The position numbers were made by a program, and so were the translations under genes. A stretch of DNA of 64,000 bases from an uncultured delta proteobacterium (lineage in GTDB: Bacteria; Myxococcota_A; Polyangia; Haliangiales; Haliangiaceae): NCBI GenBank assembly GCA_963848295.1, contig CAWKDB010000010.1, forward strand, positions 1,280,001 to 1,344,000. Reading direction: 5' to 3'. Positions 31,101 through 41,557 of the stretch are shown piece after piece. A model generated the notes under the pieces. It was given only the letters and a program-made list of their open reading frames with translations. It did not search any database and was not told where the DNA came from. Positions within the stretch are counted from its first letter, which is position 1. Each line of letters begins with the position of its first letter.

Positions 31101-31775
31101 ATCGGTCGTCCGGCGCGTGCCGCTCGAGTCATCGAGCGGGAACGTGTCGAAGTCGACCGGGCCCTTGGTCAGACCTTCCATGTCAGCGGCGATGTCGAGG
31201 TTGCGTAGCAAGCCGGGCTGGCCACCCGAGCCGACGATCGACGTCGCGCCGCCCATCAGGAACCGCAGCTCGCCCCAGTGAATCTGATCGGCGGTCGCGC
31301 CACCCTTCGACGGAATCTTCGTGTGACCGTCGAGGCCCTCGCGCCACTGCTGACGATCGTCGTAGCGCTCGCCGCTGTCGGTGTACGGCAGATCCTGCGT
31401 GTACGTGATGTGATCGTGCGTGTTGATCAGGCCCGGGGAGATCGAAGCGTCGGGACATGACAGCGTCGTCTCGCCACCGGTCGCGCAGCCGCAGCCGACG
31501 CACGAGATCTGGCCGGTCGCATCGAACGCGACCTGACCGCCGTGATAGACGGTCGTCGGCGTCAGCACCGTGCCCTTGATGATCGTCGACGTGCTGCCCG
31601 GGGTGAGATCGCACGTGCCGGTCGTCGCGGGCGGCAACACCTCGCACGTGACATCGGTCTGCGCGGCGTCCGCGGTGCCGGCGTCGATCGCTGCGTCGGA
31701 GTTGTTGTGGCTCTTGCCGCCACACGCGGCGACGAGGATCGAGATCGAGATCGAAGCGGCGGCAGCGCGAAGCAT
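28149..31775 (-). CDS. Lipoprotein amidohydrolase/deaminase with TSP3 repeats, OB-fold, Ig-like and lamin-tail domains
   Basis: [31 protein letters not shown]; DxDGDGVxDxxDNCP repeats; [37 protein letters not shown]. Confidence 0.85.
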   Translation of the reverse strand: MLRAAAASISISILVAACGGKSHNNSDAAIDAGTADAAQTDVTCEVLPPATTGTCDLTPGSTSTIIKGTVLTPTTVYHGGQVAFDATGQISCVGCGCATGGETTLSCPDASISPGLINTHDHITYTQDLPYTDSGERYDDRQQWREGLDGHTKIPSKGGATADQIHWGELRFLMGGATSIVGSGGQPGLLRNLDIAADMEGLTKGPVDFDTFPLDDSSGTRRTTDCNYGGTPTTAASLADVDAYEPHTAEGVDTTAHNEFLCESSTTYDSTAPGVSDDLVLSKTAIIHGVGLNPADYGAMAAAGTGLIWSPRSNLTLYGDTARVTVAARLGINIALGTDWMPSGSMNLLRELTCADSFNQTRLGSYFSDEQLWQMVTANAAAITKMDDTIGLLAKGKTADITIFAAHGKAPYRAVIEAQPADVVLVLRGGKALYGDANLLGTLSTGCDTLDVCGTSKQVCLTSEVGKNLAALTTSVGASIYPTFSCDATPANEPSCTPKRPTAVNGSSVYDGTTSATDSDGDGVPDATDNCPSVFNPIRPMDNGVQGDADGDGVGDACDPCPLDANTTSCTPVDPNDRDHDGIANSVDNCPDVANPDQTDTDGDGKGDACDACPTVANPGNQGCPETIYAIKSAMVSVGTVVVVQNAIVTGVGTNGFFAQVKAGDTGYTGSDNSGIFVYCGTGAPTLANATIGARVDIAGSVDVFGGETELDAVTAVTVDAVGPEAAPDPVAVSYTDATTGGTRAAALEGVIVSLGGSTVTAFNAATGDATLTDAGSATTILMNDLLYAANPTVGQNYATVTGILAERSSQSKIEPRNAADLVLGAPGLAAMTPAVSFAKVGMTIDLPTYPTPLTVNLTGPAQGATVVNLMSSDGTKLTVANVTIPDGATSAPVPVTAVAQSAAVTITAQLATGGGMQTATVQVLGAAQLPTAITLTPSDTAVAVGGTVPFVVSLDVPAAVATTIALGVAPASGTFTPTSVLIAANQISGTFTYTDTAASGSATITASSAGLTSGTATVTVSTGADHLVINEVDYDQIGTDTAEFIEIYNPSATTKSLATTVIMLVNGADSTVYSTVDLSSVGSIPSHGYLVVAGSMVNVMAPAVKYDPGWTSNEVQNGSPDGIALVDTSGPTVIDALSYEGSITMAQLTGFATPVSLVEGTALATSVADSNTVTGSLCRQPNGQDTDNANADWIFCTVPTPGTANTP

Positions 31776-31831
31776 AGGGCGCGCAAGCTATCACCAGGGG
31801 AACAACGCCCCAACGGAAATCGATCCTCGTT

Positions 31832-32947
31832 TCAATCCGCGGCGTCGGTCGCGGGCGTCGGCGTAACGTGTTGCGGAGTCACAGCAATCGCGACCGCAAC
31901 CGGGATCGGACGCGGCGGCTGCGGTGGTCCTGTCACATCGCCGCCACGTCCGCGGTCCCGGGCGCGCTTCACGGTCTCGCTCGCGGTGACCAGGATGAGC
32001 CCGATCGCGGCGTAGATCACGAGCGTCGTGCGGCGCGCGATCGTGAGCGCCGAGCCATAGCCGGGCTTCTCGCCGAGCAAGCGGAACAGCTTGTAGAAGC
32101 CGAGCTCGGAGACGCCGATCCCCATCGGGACGAGCGTCGCGGCCATGTACACCACGAATCCACCGACGGTGTAGCCGGCGACGAAGCCGATCGTGATCGG
32201 GCCGCCGATCGCGTGCAAGATCATCAGCGACAACGTCATCGACGTCAGCCGCGACAGCACCACCATCGCGATGCCGAGCCAACGATCGCGCTTGCGCGCG
32301 CCGGCGACGAGCCCGAGCTTGTCGTCGACCGCCGACAGCTTCGCTTCCCACCGCGCGTAGCGCGTCTTCGACAGGATGCGAAGCCTCACCGCGAGCCTCG
32401 CGATGCTCGCGAGCGTGCCGGCGCGGACGAGGAAGTAGAGCCCGACCGAAATCAGCGTACAGATCAGGCACGCGACGAGGAACATCCACTTCAGCGCTGT
32501 CGGCATCGGCACGAGCAGCACCATCACCGGCGCGGCGACCGCAACCATCCCGAGCTCGACCGTGAAGCTGACGATGTTGTAGAGCAGGATCGTGGCGACC
32601 GCGCGCGAGTCACTGACGTGCTCCGCGAGCACCGAGATCTTGACCGCCTCGCCGACATTGCCGCTCGGGGTCACCGCGTTGACCGCGCGCCCCGCGAGCT
32701 GCGACAGCAGGGCAGATCGAAACCTCACACTGCCTTGCTCGGGTGACATGAACGCGCGGATCGCGACCGCATCGAGCGAGGTGATCACGACCTCGAGCGC
32801 GACCACGGCGAACCACCACCAGCCGATCTGCTCGAGGTAGATGCCGAGCGTGCGTAGTCCCATCGAGTGGACGGTCCACACCAGTGCGACCACCCCGATC
32901 ACCAGGGAGATCCTGGTGACCCAGCGGGCCCACGTCGGTCGCGACAT
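31832..32947 (-). CDS. Lysylphosphatidylglycerol synthase TM/flippase-like (UPF0104) membrane protein
   Basis: AVNAVTPSGNVGEAVK, LVPMGIGVSE, multiple TMs. Confidence 0.82.
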   Translation of the reverse strand: MSRPTWARWVTRISLVIGVVALVWTVHSMGLRTLGIYLEQIGWWWFAVVALEVVITSLDAVAIRAFMSPEQGSVRFRSALLSQLAGRAVNAVTPSGNVGEAVKISVLAEHVSDSRAVATILLYNIVSFTVELGMVAVAAPVMVLLVPMPTALKWMFLVACLICTLISVGLYFLVRAGTLASIARLAVRLRILSKTRYARWEAKLSAVDDKLGLVAGARKRDRWLGIAMVVLSRLTSMTLSLMILHAIGGPITIGFVAGYTVGGFVVYMAATLVPMGIGVSELGFYKLFRLLGEKPGYGSALTIARRTTLVIYAAIGLILVTASETVKRARDRGRGGDVTGPPQPPRPIPVAVAIAVTPQHVTPTPATDAAD

Positions 32948-32982
32948 ACTCGAATAGCTATAGCAACATTGGCGCTTCGAAC

Positions 32983-33477
32983 CTAGTCCAACGGCTGTTC
33001 GAGGCTGTCCGCGACGAAGCCCATGACCTCGGCGAGCATCTGGCCGAAGTCGTCGTAAAACTGCTGGTCGAGCGCGTTGTCGCGCGCGTCGTACATCAAG
33101 ACCGGATACTCGCCGGTGGGCGTTGGCCGGCTGACGTCCAAGCAAAACCATTCCTGGAACTGGGCGCCCATCGCGACGACCACGAGGTGCTCGCCGAGCC
33201 GGCGCTCCTCTCGTGCCTTGAGCGTGCGATGCACGACATCGGTGTCGGACGTCGCGACGCCCACGAAGTCATGGACGATCCCGAGGTGAGTCGGGATCGT
33301 GATGCCCCCGAACGTCCGCAAGAACGTCCGGTACGACGGAGGGAAGGTCACGCCGAGTGCTTCTTCGGCGGCGGAGATCGCCGCTTCCGGGGCGGGCCCT
33401 ACGATCGTGCACGGATCTTCGTGCTCGGTGAGGCGGCGGCGAACGCGTTCGACAAGCTCGATGGTGTCGGGGATCAT
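32983..33477 (-). CDS. SMI1/KNR4 (SUKH) family protein
   Basis: PAPEAAISAAEEALGVTFPPSYRTFLRTFGG, WFCLD, GEYPV. Confidence 0.9.
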   Translation of the reverse strand: MIPDTIELVERVRRRLTEHEDPCTIVGPAPEAAISAAEEALGVTFPPSYRTFLRTFGGITIPTHLGIVHDFVGVATSDTDVVHRTLKAREERRLGEHLVVVAMGAQFQEWFCLDVSRPTPTGEYPVLMYDARDNALDQQFYDDFGQMLAEVMGFVADSLEQPLD

Positions 33478-33622
33478 GGCGTACCGGTTCCATTATGCAT
33501 CGGAGATCGGCGGCGGCAGCGCGAAAGTCGCGCGACCTCACGATGCGATCGATTCGGGCCACGAGCCCTCACGTCTCCGTTGACATTTCTTGGCGACGGC
33601 GATCGCACCACCCGCGGCGCGA

Positions 33623-34513
33623 TCAGGACGGTCGAGGCATCGCGGCAGGAAAAGTCAAGGCGTCGACGACCGCGAGCTCCATGTCCGTATCGGTGATCTG
33701 AAAAGTCGCTTGCATCACGCCCATGAAAGGGATCACGCGCCAGCTCGCGACGGTCGCGGGCATCTCGGCGACGAGCGTGTAGACCACGATCCAGTAACGA
33801 TCGACCGGATCGGGCAGCGATTGCGCGACGCGCGCGAGCTCGCCGAAAACCTCGGCGCCGGGACCGCGTGGTCGACGGAACGCGCGGTAGAGCTCGGCGT
33901 CGAGCTCGTCCTTCGACAGCGCGAGATCGGGGATCGCGGCGAAGAAGTCGCGGATCTTGAACCGCTGTTCGTCGTTCGCCATCGACCGCGCGAGGGCGCG
34001 CAGCGCGAACACCTCGCACGCGACCGCGATCATCTGCTTCACCCGCAAGTAGCGGTCGTCGATGTAATCGGTGAGCACGCCCCGCTGTGCCGCGGCGACG
34101 ACGTGCTCGGCTTCGCTCTGGCTGATCCGCAGCGCGATCCGCAACGCCTCGAGGAAGTCGAGCTCGCCGCGCACGAGCTGCTGGTCGGCGACCGCGACCT
34201 CGGCGGCGAGGCCGAACGCGGTGATGCGATGGATCCGCGCCGGCAGGCCCTTCGCGATCGCGGCGGCGCGCGCGTTGGCCTTACCGGCGAAGCGGATCGC
34301 ATCGTTCGACAGATCGATCAACGTCCGAGCGGCGGTCGCGCCGAGGCCCTGAAACATCGGATGGGTGTCGAGCTGATGCTGGACCGCAGCCAGCTCGCGC
34401 GCGTCGACGACGCCATCGGCGTTCATCGCGCCGATCATCGCTTCGACCAGGAACCGCCGCGGATCGTTCGGGCGCAGCGTGCCGCCGAGCAAGCCGTTGA
34501 CCGTGCGTTCCAT
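33623..34513 (-). CDS. TerB-like tandem-domain protein
   Basis: MIGAMNADGVVDAREL and AEVAVADQQLVRGELDFLEALRIALRI TerB motifs, plus a second degenerate repeat. Confidence 0.75.
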   Translation of the reverse strand: MERTVNGLLGGTLRPNDPRRFLVEAMIGAMNADGVVDARELAAVQHQLDTHPMFQGLGATAARTLIDLSNDAIRFAGKANARAAAIAKGLPARIHRITAFGLAAEVAVADQQLVRGELDFLEALRIALRISQSEAEHVVAAAQRGVLTDYIDDRYLRVKQMIAVACEVFALRALARSMANDEQRFKIRDFFAAIPDLALSKDELDAELYRAFRRPRGPGAEVFGELARVAQSLPDPVDRYWIVVYTLVAEMPATVASWRVIPFMGVMQATFQITDTDMELAVVDALTFPAAMPRPS

Positions 34514-34524
34514 CTCGATCGAGT

Positions 34525-35448
34525 CTACACGAGCGCATCGATCGCGATCACGAGCGCGACCGAGAGACCCGCGATCACGGCCACGCGCGTGGCGAGCGCG
34601 CTTGACACCGCAGCTGGAGCACGCCCGCGCGCTTTCGCCTCCCGCAGCGACGCGAAGCAGCCGGCGACCGCCGCGAGCACGGTGAGCACGCCGAGGATCG
34701 GCGCGAGTGGAAACTCGGTCGGTTGCTCTCGCTCGAGGCGGGCGCTCTCGTCGGCGATCGCCTGCGGCGCGACATCGGGCCCTTGCTCCCGGCGGAACTG
34801 CGCGAGCTCGTGCTCGATCACGCGATCGCGCTCGGGCATCTTCATCGCGATGTAGCCGGCGTCGTGGCTGAGATAGACGTTGCCCCAGTAGAGCGCGACG
34901 TTGAGCGCGAGCGCCGTGACGATCGCGATGATCCAGCCGCGTCGCGGTGTTGCGAGCGCGATCGCGGCGAACGCGGTGCGCGCGCCGCCGAACGCCGCCG
35001 CGAGTCCGAGCGCACACGCGGCGAGCACGAACGGGAGCCGCGCATCGCCGAGGTTGACGTACAGGATCCACCCGTCGCCGTACCCGTACCAGGTGCCGGT
35101 CGCCAAGTACCACATCGCATGGACGACCATCGCCGCACCGATCGCACGCACGATGCGTGCGGCGAGGCCGTCGCGCTTGCGTAGCGCGATCCACAGCGCG
35201 GTGCCGACGATCGTCTCGATCGCGATGCCGCCCATCATGACGGCGACAGAGCTCGCAAGACCGGCCTCGAGGTCGGTGCGGACCCAACCGCCCGCGAACC
35301 AGAACAGCTTCGCCGCCGTGATGTGTCCGCCGAGCGCGATCGCGGTCCCACCGTGCCCGACGAATTCGTGCAGCACGAGGCCGAGCCGGCTCGTCGCCAA
35401 CGCGGCGCAAGCGAGCAGGATCGTTAGTCGAGCTGTGTCTTTGTACAT
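34525..35448 (-). CDS. Membrane protein, possible M50-like metallopeptidase
   Basis: LVLHEFVGHG in the first TM, MGG, later GYGDG, multiple TMs. Confidence 0.55.
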   Translation of the reverse strand: MYKDTARLTILLACAALATSRLGLVLHEFVGHGGTAIALGGHITAAKLFWFAGGWVRTDLEAGLASSVAVMMGGIAIETIVGTALWIALRKRDGLAARIVRAIGAAMVVHAMWYLATGTWYGYGDGWILYVNLGDARLPFVLAACALGLAAAFGGARTAFAAIALATPRRGWIIAIVTALALNVALYWGNVYLSHDAGYIAMKMPERDRVIEHELAQFRREQGPDVAPQAIADESARLEREQPTEFPLAPILGVLTVLAAVAGCFASLREAKARGRAPAAVSSALATRVAVIAGLSVALVIAIDALV

Positions 35449-35477
35449 GGTGACGTACAGCGGCTATCATTATAACG

Positions 35478-36791
35478 ATGGGACGGGTGCTCCTAGCCGG
35501 CGCACTCCTGGTCGCGGCGGTCTCCGTCGCGAGCGCCGGGAACCGCAAGGTTACCGTCGAGACTGACCCGCCGGGCGCGAAGGTCTACCTCAACGACAAA
35601 GAATCGGGCGCGGTGTGCGACGCGACGCCGTGCACGATCGAGGCGCCGATCGGCGACACGCCGATCATCGTCGAGCTGCCCCACTACGAAGCCGTGCTCG
35701 ACAACCTCGTCGTGAGCAGGCGCGGCAGGCCGCCGATCGTCAAGTTCAAGCTCGACAAGAGCCCGGGCGGCACGATCGTGGTCGATGGCGCGCCCGGTGC
35801 CACGATCAAGGTCGACGACGAGGACCAGGGCAAGTCGCCGAATCGGATCGACGTCGACGAGGGCCAGCACCACGTCGTGATCTCGCTCGGGGGCAAGGCG
35901 ATCGTCGACAAGACGGTCGACGTCGAGGCCGGAGGTGAAACCGCGGTCACCGCGAAGGCTCCGGCCGTCGCGATCAGGCCAGAGCCGGCGACACCCGCGG
36001 GCCCGGATCCCACCGAGACGCTCGATGGCGGCGGGGGCATCGTCAAGCACGCACCAGAGAAGGCCTCGACGTCGCGCTACATCAACGTGTCGGCGATGGG
36101 CGACGTCGGATTTCGCACGTTCGCGTACAGCGGGGCGAGCGGCAACAACGTGCGCGACGAGTCCGAAGGCGGGCAAGTCCTCGTCGGCCCGGCGGTCGAG
36201 CTCTGGCCCGGCGACTTGCTCGGCGTGCACGCGTTGCATGGCCTGTCGCTGTTCGCGCGCTTGGAGTTCGGCGTCCATGATCAGGACGTCGTGCCGAAGA
36301 CCACCGGCGTGTTCGGCGGCAAGGTCACGACGTTCTGGCGCAGCTTCGAAGCGAGCGTGCGCCAGCGTTTCGCGATCGGGAGCTCCGGTGCGGTCGAAGC
36401 GAGCGTCGGCTTCGTCCGCGACCAGTACGAGTTCAACGCGACAGACTCGAACGATGTCGGCCTCGTGCCCGACGTCGACTATCAGGCGCTGCGGATCGGC
36501 GTGCGCGGCGCGCTGACGCTCGGCTCGGTCGAGCCGTACCTGTCGGTCGAAGATCGCATCGTGTTCTCCGGCGGTGAAGTCGGCGAGCGCTTCGCCCATT
36601 CGAGCGTCAACGGCATGCGCGGCGCGATCGGCGCGGCGATCCACTCGGGACCGATCGCCGCTCGGATCGAAGCCTCGTACACGCGCTACACCTGGGACTT
36701 TCAGGTCACGGACCCGATGCCGATGTACACGGCGACCGGCGCGACCGACTCGGTAGCGTTGATCTCGGCGACCCTCGGCTATCAGTACTGA
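35478..36791 (+). CDS. PEGA-domain protein with C-terminal OM beta-barrel
   Basis: Signal peptide; VTVETDPPGAKVYLN and VVDGAPGATIKVDD..GKSP PEGA repeats; amphipathic strands ending LGYQY. Confidence 0.8.
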   Translation: MGRVLLAGALLVAAVSVASAGNRKVTVETDPPGAKVYLNDKESGAVCDATPCTIEAPIGDTPIIVELPHYEAVLDNLVVSRRGRPPIVKFKLDKSPGGTIVVDGAPGATIKVDDEDQGKSPNRIDVDEGQHHVVISLGGKAIVDKTVDVEAGGETAVTAKAPAVAIRPEPATPAGPDPTETLDGGGGIVKHAPEKASTSRYINVSAMGDVGFRTFAYSGASGNNVRDESEGGQVLVGPAVELWPGDLLGVHALHGLSLFARLEFGVHDQDVVPKTTGVFGGKVTTFWRSFEASVRQRFAIGSSGAVEASVGFVRDQYEFNATDSNDVGLVPDVDYQALRIGVRGALTLGSVEPYLSVEDRIVFSGGEVGERFAHSSVNGMRGAIGAAIHSGPIAARIEASYTRYTWDFQVTDPMPMYTATGATDSVALISATLGYQY

Positions 36792-36834
36792 GTGACCAAG
36801 CAGCGGTGCGGCACGATGGGAAGCGCTTCGGTTC

Positions 36835-38925
36835 CTACCAGATCGTGCACGCCTGCGCCGGCTTCATCGGCGTTCCGGCCGCGCAGCTGAACGCCTTCGC
36901 GAACTCCGGCAGGTTGCGCAGCGCTCCGTAGACGCGGAACTTCGGCGGCGCGTGCGGATCGACGGTGAGCCGGCGCTGCACTTCGGCCGGGCGATCCTTC
37001 GAGCACCACGCCTGACCGACCGCGAGGAAGAACTGCTGATCCTCGGTGAAGCCGTCGGCCTCGATCGGGGGCGCGCCCTTGCGCAGCGCGCGGTAGGCCC
37101 GGAACGCCATCTTGACGCCGCCGAGATCGGCGATGTCTTCGCCGAGCGTCAAGCGGCCGTTGACGAAGCCGCCCGGCAACGCCTCGAACGTCGAGTACTG
37201 ATCGGCGACGCACGTGGCTTTCGCGTCGAACTTCGCCTTGTCCTCGGGCTGCCACCACATCTTGAGGTTGCCGTCGGCGTCGAACTGCGAGCCTTCATCG
37301 TCGAAGCCGTGAGTGAGCTCGTGGCCGATCACCATCCCGATGCCACCGAGGTTCGCCGCGACGCTGCGATCCGCGCCGAAGAACGGTGGCTGCAAGATGC
37401 CCGCTGGCAGCGCGGTGTTGTTCTCGGTCGGCTCGTAGTACGCGTTGACCGTGTACGAGTTCATACCCCACTCGGCGCGATCGACGGGCTTGCCGGACTT
37501 GGCGAGCTGGCGATGGGTTTCGAACGCGCCCGCGCGCAGATCGTTGCCGGCGAAGTCGCCGCGCTTGACGTCGAAGTCATAGACGCGCCACTTATCGGGA
37601 TAGCCGATCTTGCGGACGATCTTCGCGAGCTTGGCGGCCGCGGTACGCTTCGTCGCGTCGCTCATCCAATCGAGCTGCGCGATGTCCTCGCCCATCACCT
37701 CGATGATCTTGTCGACGAGCTTGGTCGCGGTCTGCTTCGCGCTCGCCGGGAAGTACTTCTCGACGTACTGCTGGCCGAGCAACTCGCCGAGCCCACGCTC
37801 GGTCGCATCGACGCAGCGCTTGCCGCGCTCTTGCTCTCGCGCCTGGCCGGTCAGCAGTTTCTTGAGCTCGAACGACTCCTCGTCGAACGCCTTGCCGAGC
37901 TCGAACGCCTCGTCCTCGACGAGGTGGTAACGCAAGTAGTTCGCCCATTGCGCCGGCTTGAACTTCGCGCGCAACGCATCGAGCCCGGCAAAGAACTTCG
38001 GCGTCGTGACGTTGATCTTGGCGCTCGGCGCAAAGCCTAGGCTCTTGAAGTACGCCTTCAAGTCGATCGTCTTGATCTGCTTGCCGAGGTTCGCGAGATC
38101 GGTCGGGTTGTAGTTGGCCTTGGGATCGCGGCGCTCGACGCGGGTCTTCGTCAGCTTCGCGATCTCCGTTTCGATCGCGACGACGTCTGCGGCGCCCTCG
38201 GCCTTGCCACCGGCGAGTGCGAGCATCTTGCCGACGTGACCCTGGTAGCCTTCGAGCTGTGGCTTGAACTTCGCGTCGAGGTAGTAGTCGCGATCCGGCA
38301 AGCCAAGGCCCCCGGTGTCGAGCTCGGTGATCTCGTTGACCGAGTCGTGGAAGTCGGGGGTGCTGTCTTCGGCAAACACGACGTCATCGCCGACCCTGTG
38401 GAGCGCGACGACCGCGGCGAGCCATGACTTGTTGTCTCTGACCTTGCCGATCGTGGCGAGCAGCGGCTTGATCGCGCTGGTGCCGGCCTTGTCGATCGCG
38501 GCCTCGTCCATGCACGACGCGTAGAAGTCGCCGAGCTTCTTCGCGTTCGGGTCCGCGTTCGTCCCCTTGGCATCTTCTTCGAGCATCGTGCGGAGCTCGG
38601 CGTTGTTCTTGTCATCGATCTCGGTGAAGCGCGCGTAGCGAGCCCGATCCTCGGGCAGCTTGTTCGCGGCGAGCCAACCGCCGCACGCGAACTGATAGAA
38701 GTCGACGCACGGATCGGCGGTGCGATCGAGCGAGCCGGGCTCGAGCCCGACTTCGCTCAGCGACATCTTCTGCGCCGCGACCTTCGCTGGCCCCGGCGGC
38801 GAAGTGGCGGCCGTCGCGGCGCCCGCGCTGCCCGTGATCTGTGGCGCGGCCGGCGTCGACGGGGGCGGCGTCGGCTGTCCCGAACAAGCGGCGAGGACCA
38901 GGATCGTGGCGAAGCGCGTGGTCAT
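36835..38925 (-). CDS. M13 family metallopeptidase (PepO/neprilysin-like), lipoprotein
   Basis: DPCVDFYQFACGGW, VNAYY, GILQPPFF, IGHELTHGFDD, GEDIADLGG, DPHAPPKFRV. Confidence 0.96.
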   Translation of the reverse strand: MTTRFATILVLAACSGQPTPPPSTPAAPQITGSAGAATAATSPPGPAKVAAQKMSLSEVGLEPGSLDRTADPCVDFYQFACGGWLAANKLPEDRARYARFTEIDDKNNAELRTMLEEDAKGTNADPNAKKLGDFYASCMDEAAIDKAGTSAIKPLLATIGKVRDNKSWLAAVVALHRVGDDVVFAEDSTPDFHDSVNEITELDTGGLGLPDRDYYLDAKFKPQLEGYQGHVGKMLALAGGKAEGAADVVAIETEIAKLTKTRVERRDPKANYNPTDLANLGKQIKTIDLKAYFKSLGFAPSAKINVTTPKFFAGLDALRAKFKPAQWANYLRYHLVEDEAFELGKAFDEESFELKKLLTGQAREQERGKRCVDATERGLGELLGQQYVEKYFPASAKQTATKLVDKIIEVMGEDIAQLDWMSDATKRTAAAKLAKIVRKIGYPDKWRVYDFDVKRGDFAGNDLRAGAFETHRQLAKSGKPVDRAEWGMNSYTVNAYYEPTENNTALPAGILQPPFFGADRSVAANLGGIGMVIGHELTHGFDDEGSQFDADGNLKMWWQPEDKAKFDAKATCVADQYSTFEALPGGFVNGRLTLGEDIADLGGVKMAFRAYRALRKGAPPIEADGFTEDQQFFLAVGQAWCSKDRPAEVQRRLTVDPHAPPKFRVYGALRNLPEFAKAFSCAAGTPMKPAQACTIW

Positions 38926-38965
38926 GGTCGCGGACGCTAGCACGGTCGCCCGGCCGGGCGCGCGG

Positions 38966-40342
38966 TCACCGGGGCGTGCCGGCAATCGGGTCGAGGCGCC
39001 ACACCGTGGCTCCCTCGCCCGCGAACAGTGCGCGAGCGCTCGCGTGCTCGGCGGCGGCGATCGGCGCGACACTGACCGCAGCATGCGGCAGCGAGACGAC
39101 GTAACGCAGCCGATCGGCCGGCAGCGGTCGATATGGCCGCGTCGCGATCACGACCTCGCATCGCGTCGCCCAGATCAGCTCGGGCGCATCGCGGGCCGCG
39201 ATGACGCACGGCTTGCCGGCGGCGTCGCTCCTCAGCGCTGCGGCGGCGTGCCACAGCGGCCCGCGTTGCCGCGTCAAGTAGTGCGCGAGCGGCACGACCG
39301 CGATCGCGGCACCGAGCCATGCGAGCACGATCAGCGCCGGGCCGAGCCGGCGACTCGCTTCCGGGAGATAGCGCAGCAGCGCGTCGACTCCGAGCACGAC
39401 GAGCAGCGCGGTCGCGACGAACACGTAGCGCGGCTGCGCGTGGCTCTCGAGCCCGAGCACGATGATCTGGCCGAGCGCGACGAGCGCGAGAAACAGCGTC
39501 GGGCGCCAGCGCTCCGGCGGGCGTGCGATCGAGACCAGACCGGCGATCATCACAGGTGCGACGAGCGCGCCATAGAACACGAAGGGGATCGCGGTGACGT
39601 AGGTGACGAGGCCTTCACCGATGAATTCGCGGCGCGGCATCGCGGCGCTTACCGACATGATCCCGAGTACCTCGCCGGTCGTGGACAGCGAATGGATGAT
39701 GTGAGGGGCGAGCAACGCCGCCAACGCGGCGACAGTCGCGAGCGCGCGAGCGGGACGCGCGATGATAGGTCGCCACCACACGCCGACCGCCGCGACGCCG
39801 ACGAGCGCGATCACCGGCGCGCTGCCGTAGCGAAAGTAGAACGCCGCCGCGAACGCCGGGGCCGCGCCGACCAACCGCCAGCGCGGACCGCCGACGCGAT
39901 CGAGCTCCCCGATCAGGATCGCGATCCCGGCGAGCACGCACGCCGTCGCCGGCAAGTCACCGATCAGCTCGGCGCTGTGGATCACCATCGGATGCGCGCC
40001 CGCGATCACCGCGGCTGCCCAGGCGCCGGTGCGATCGCCGAACGCCGCGCGACCGACCGCGAACGTCCCGACCACGACGCCGACGCCGAGCAGCACCGGC
40101 ACGATGCGCAGCGCAAACTCGGACCCACCGAGCCAAATGCCGATCCGGGCGAGCGCGATCACGCCTTGCGACCGATACAGCCACGCCGGAGCATCGCCGC
40201 GCGCGGCGGCCGCGAACGCGGCTTCGTCGTGACCGAGCGGGGGATTTGCGACGAGCGCGAGCAGCGCGACCGCGAGCCACGCGGCGATCGCGAGCAGCAG
40301 GATGCGGCGTTCGGTCGTCACCAGCGGTGACCTTACACGCAT
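38966..40342 (-). CDS. GT-C/PMT-like (family 39/83) membrane glycosyltransferase
   Basis: LGHDEAAF acidic loop after TM1, SEFALR, QPRY, many TMs. Confidence 0.75.
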   Translation of the reverse strand: MRVRSPLVTTERRILLLAIAAWLAVALLALVANPPLGHDEAAFAAAARGDAPAWLYRSQGVIALARIGIWLGGSEFALRIVPVLLGVGVVVGTFAVGRAAFGDRTGAWAAAVIAGAHPMVIHSAELIGDLPATACVLAGIAILIGELDRVGGPRWRLVGAAPAFAAAFYFRYGSAPVIALVGVAAVGVWWRPIIARPARALATVAALAALLAPHIIHSLSTTGEVLGIMSVSAAMPRREFIGEGLVTYVTAIPFVFYGALVAPVMIAGLVSIARPPERWRPTLFLALVALGQIIVLGLESHAQPRYVFVATALLVVLGVDALLRYLPEASRRLGPALIVLAWLGAAIAVVPLAHYLTRQRGPLWHAAAALRSDAAGKPCVIAARDAPELIWATRCEVVIATRPYRPLPADRLRYVVSLPHAAVSVAPIAAAEHASARALFAGEGATVWRLDPIAGTPR

Positions 40343-40393
40343 CGGGGCAGCGCGCCCGGGGTGCCTCTGTGGGCGTGTCGATCTCGCGCGTGG

Positions 40394-41437
40394 CTAACAG
40401 GGACAGCCGAAGAACTGCAGCGGCATCCGGGCGAGCTCTTCACCGTCGGCCGTGATGAGGACCTGATCACCCTCGACGAACGGTTGGCCGATCACCTCGA
40501 GGTCGCCATCGCCTTCGACGTCGACCAGGCTCTCGATGATGCCGAGCTCGGGGAGGTCGCGCTGCTGCACCGTGACGAGGTCACCGTTCGGCGCGACCCG
40601 ATAGAGTCCCCAGATGTTGATATCGGTGCCGCCGCACGTGAAGCCATTGGACGCGTGGACGGAGATCCATGTCACCCCGGTCACCGGGTGGCGGACGATC
40701 CGCGTGTCGAGCTCGGCCGCGGCGACCCAGTCGCCGGCTTGTCCGCTCTCGCGCCACACCTGCGTCACATGCACGGCCAGATCGGACGCGAGCAACCTCG
40801 CACGCGCTTTCGAGGCGAGTCCTACGTCGGCGACCGGTCGCGGCACGATGATCGGCGCGAGCGCGGCGTCGCGCGCGAAGGTGCCGGTGCAGCGATCGAG
40901 CTTCGCGGCGACCATGACGTCGCCGTGCTCGAACAGGCTCGCCGCGGTCCAGTGGCCCGAGTTGTCGCCGGCGTAGGCTGGATCGCCGGTGAGCCGAGCG
41001 ACCGCGGCAAAGCCCGTGACCTTCGCCCTGCACGTGCCGTCGACGATGACCGACCGCCCGAGCCAGGCGCGTTGCTCGCTGGTCAGGTCGCGGCCATCGA
41101 TCGCGGCGATCGCCGCGGTCGCGCCATCCTCGTTCACGACGTGCGCATGGCGATAACGCATGGTCGCGACGGCATCATCGAGCCGGACATACGAATCACC
41201 GCCGGCGGTGAACACGAACAGCAGCTGGGTCGTGTGCGGTGGCGGCGCCGCTTCGATCGGCTGCACGACCCGCGCCGGTGGCAGGATCTCGCTTGGCATG
41301 GTGATTTCTGCCAGCTCACCACTCGGCGCCGCCGCGGAGTGCAGTGCCGGCATGGAAGCAACCAACAGGCCGACCCCGCCAGCGACGGCGGCGATACCAA
41401 ACGGGATCGGGCGCATGGCGGCTAGGCGATCGAGCAT
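40394..41437 (-). CDS. Hypothetical secreted protein
   Basis: Hydrophobic N-terminus, Cys pairs, DVEGDGDLE motif, ends FFGCPC; sigma54-like promoter upstream. Confidence 0.65.
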   Translation of the reverse strand: MLDRLAAMRPIPFGIAAVAGGVGLLVASMPALHSAAAPSGELAEITMPSEILPPARVVQPIEAAPPPHTTQLLFVFTAGGDSYVRLDDAVATMRYRHAHVVNEDGATAAIAAIDGRDLTSEQRAWLGRSVIVDGTCRAKVTGFAAVARLTGDPAYAGDNSGHWTAASLFEHGDVMVAAKLDRCTGTFARDAALAPIIVPRPVADVGLASKARARLLASDLAVHVTQVWRESGQAGDWVAAAELDTRIVRHPVTGVTWISVHASNGFTCGGTDINIWGLYRVAPNGDLVTVQQRDLPELGIIESLVDVEGDGDLEVIGQPFVEGDQVLITADGEELARMPLQFFGCPC

Positions 41438-41449
41438 GGCGATAACCAA

Positions 41450-41465
41450 TGCAAGCGATGCGCCC
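41450..41465 (-). promoter_or_regulatory. Putative sigma54 promoter
   Basis: Minus strand GGGCGCATCGCTTGCA (GG-N10-GC, TTGCA), ending 12 nt before ATG 41437. Confidence 0.55.
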
Positions 41466-41557
41466 TTCCTGGATGCGTGTCGCCACGCGCAGATAGCCGC
41501 GGACGCGTCCGTCGAGACACGACAGACCGAGGCGGGGTCTCACGCGTTCTATGTGCG

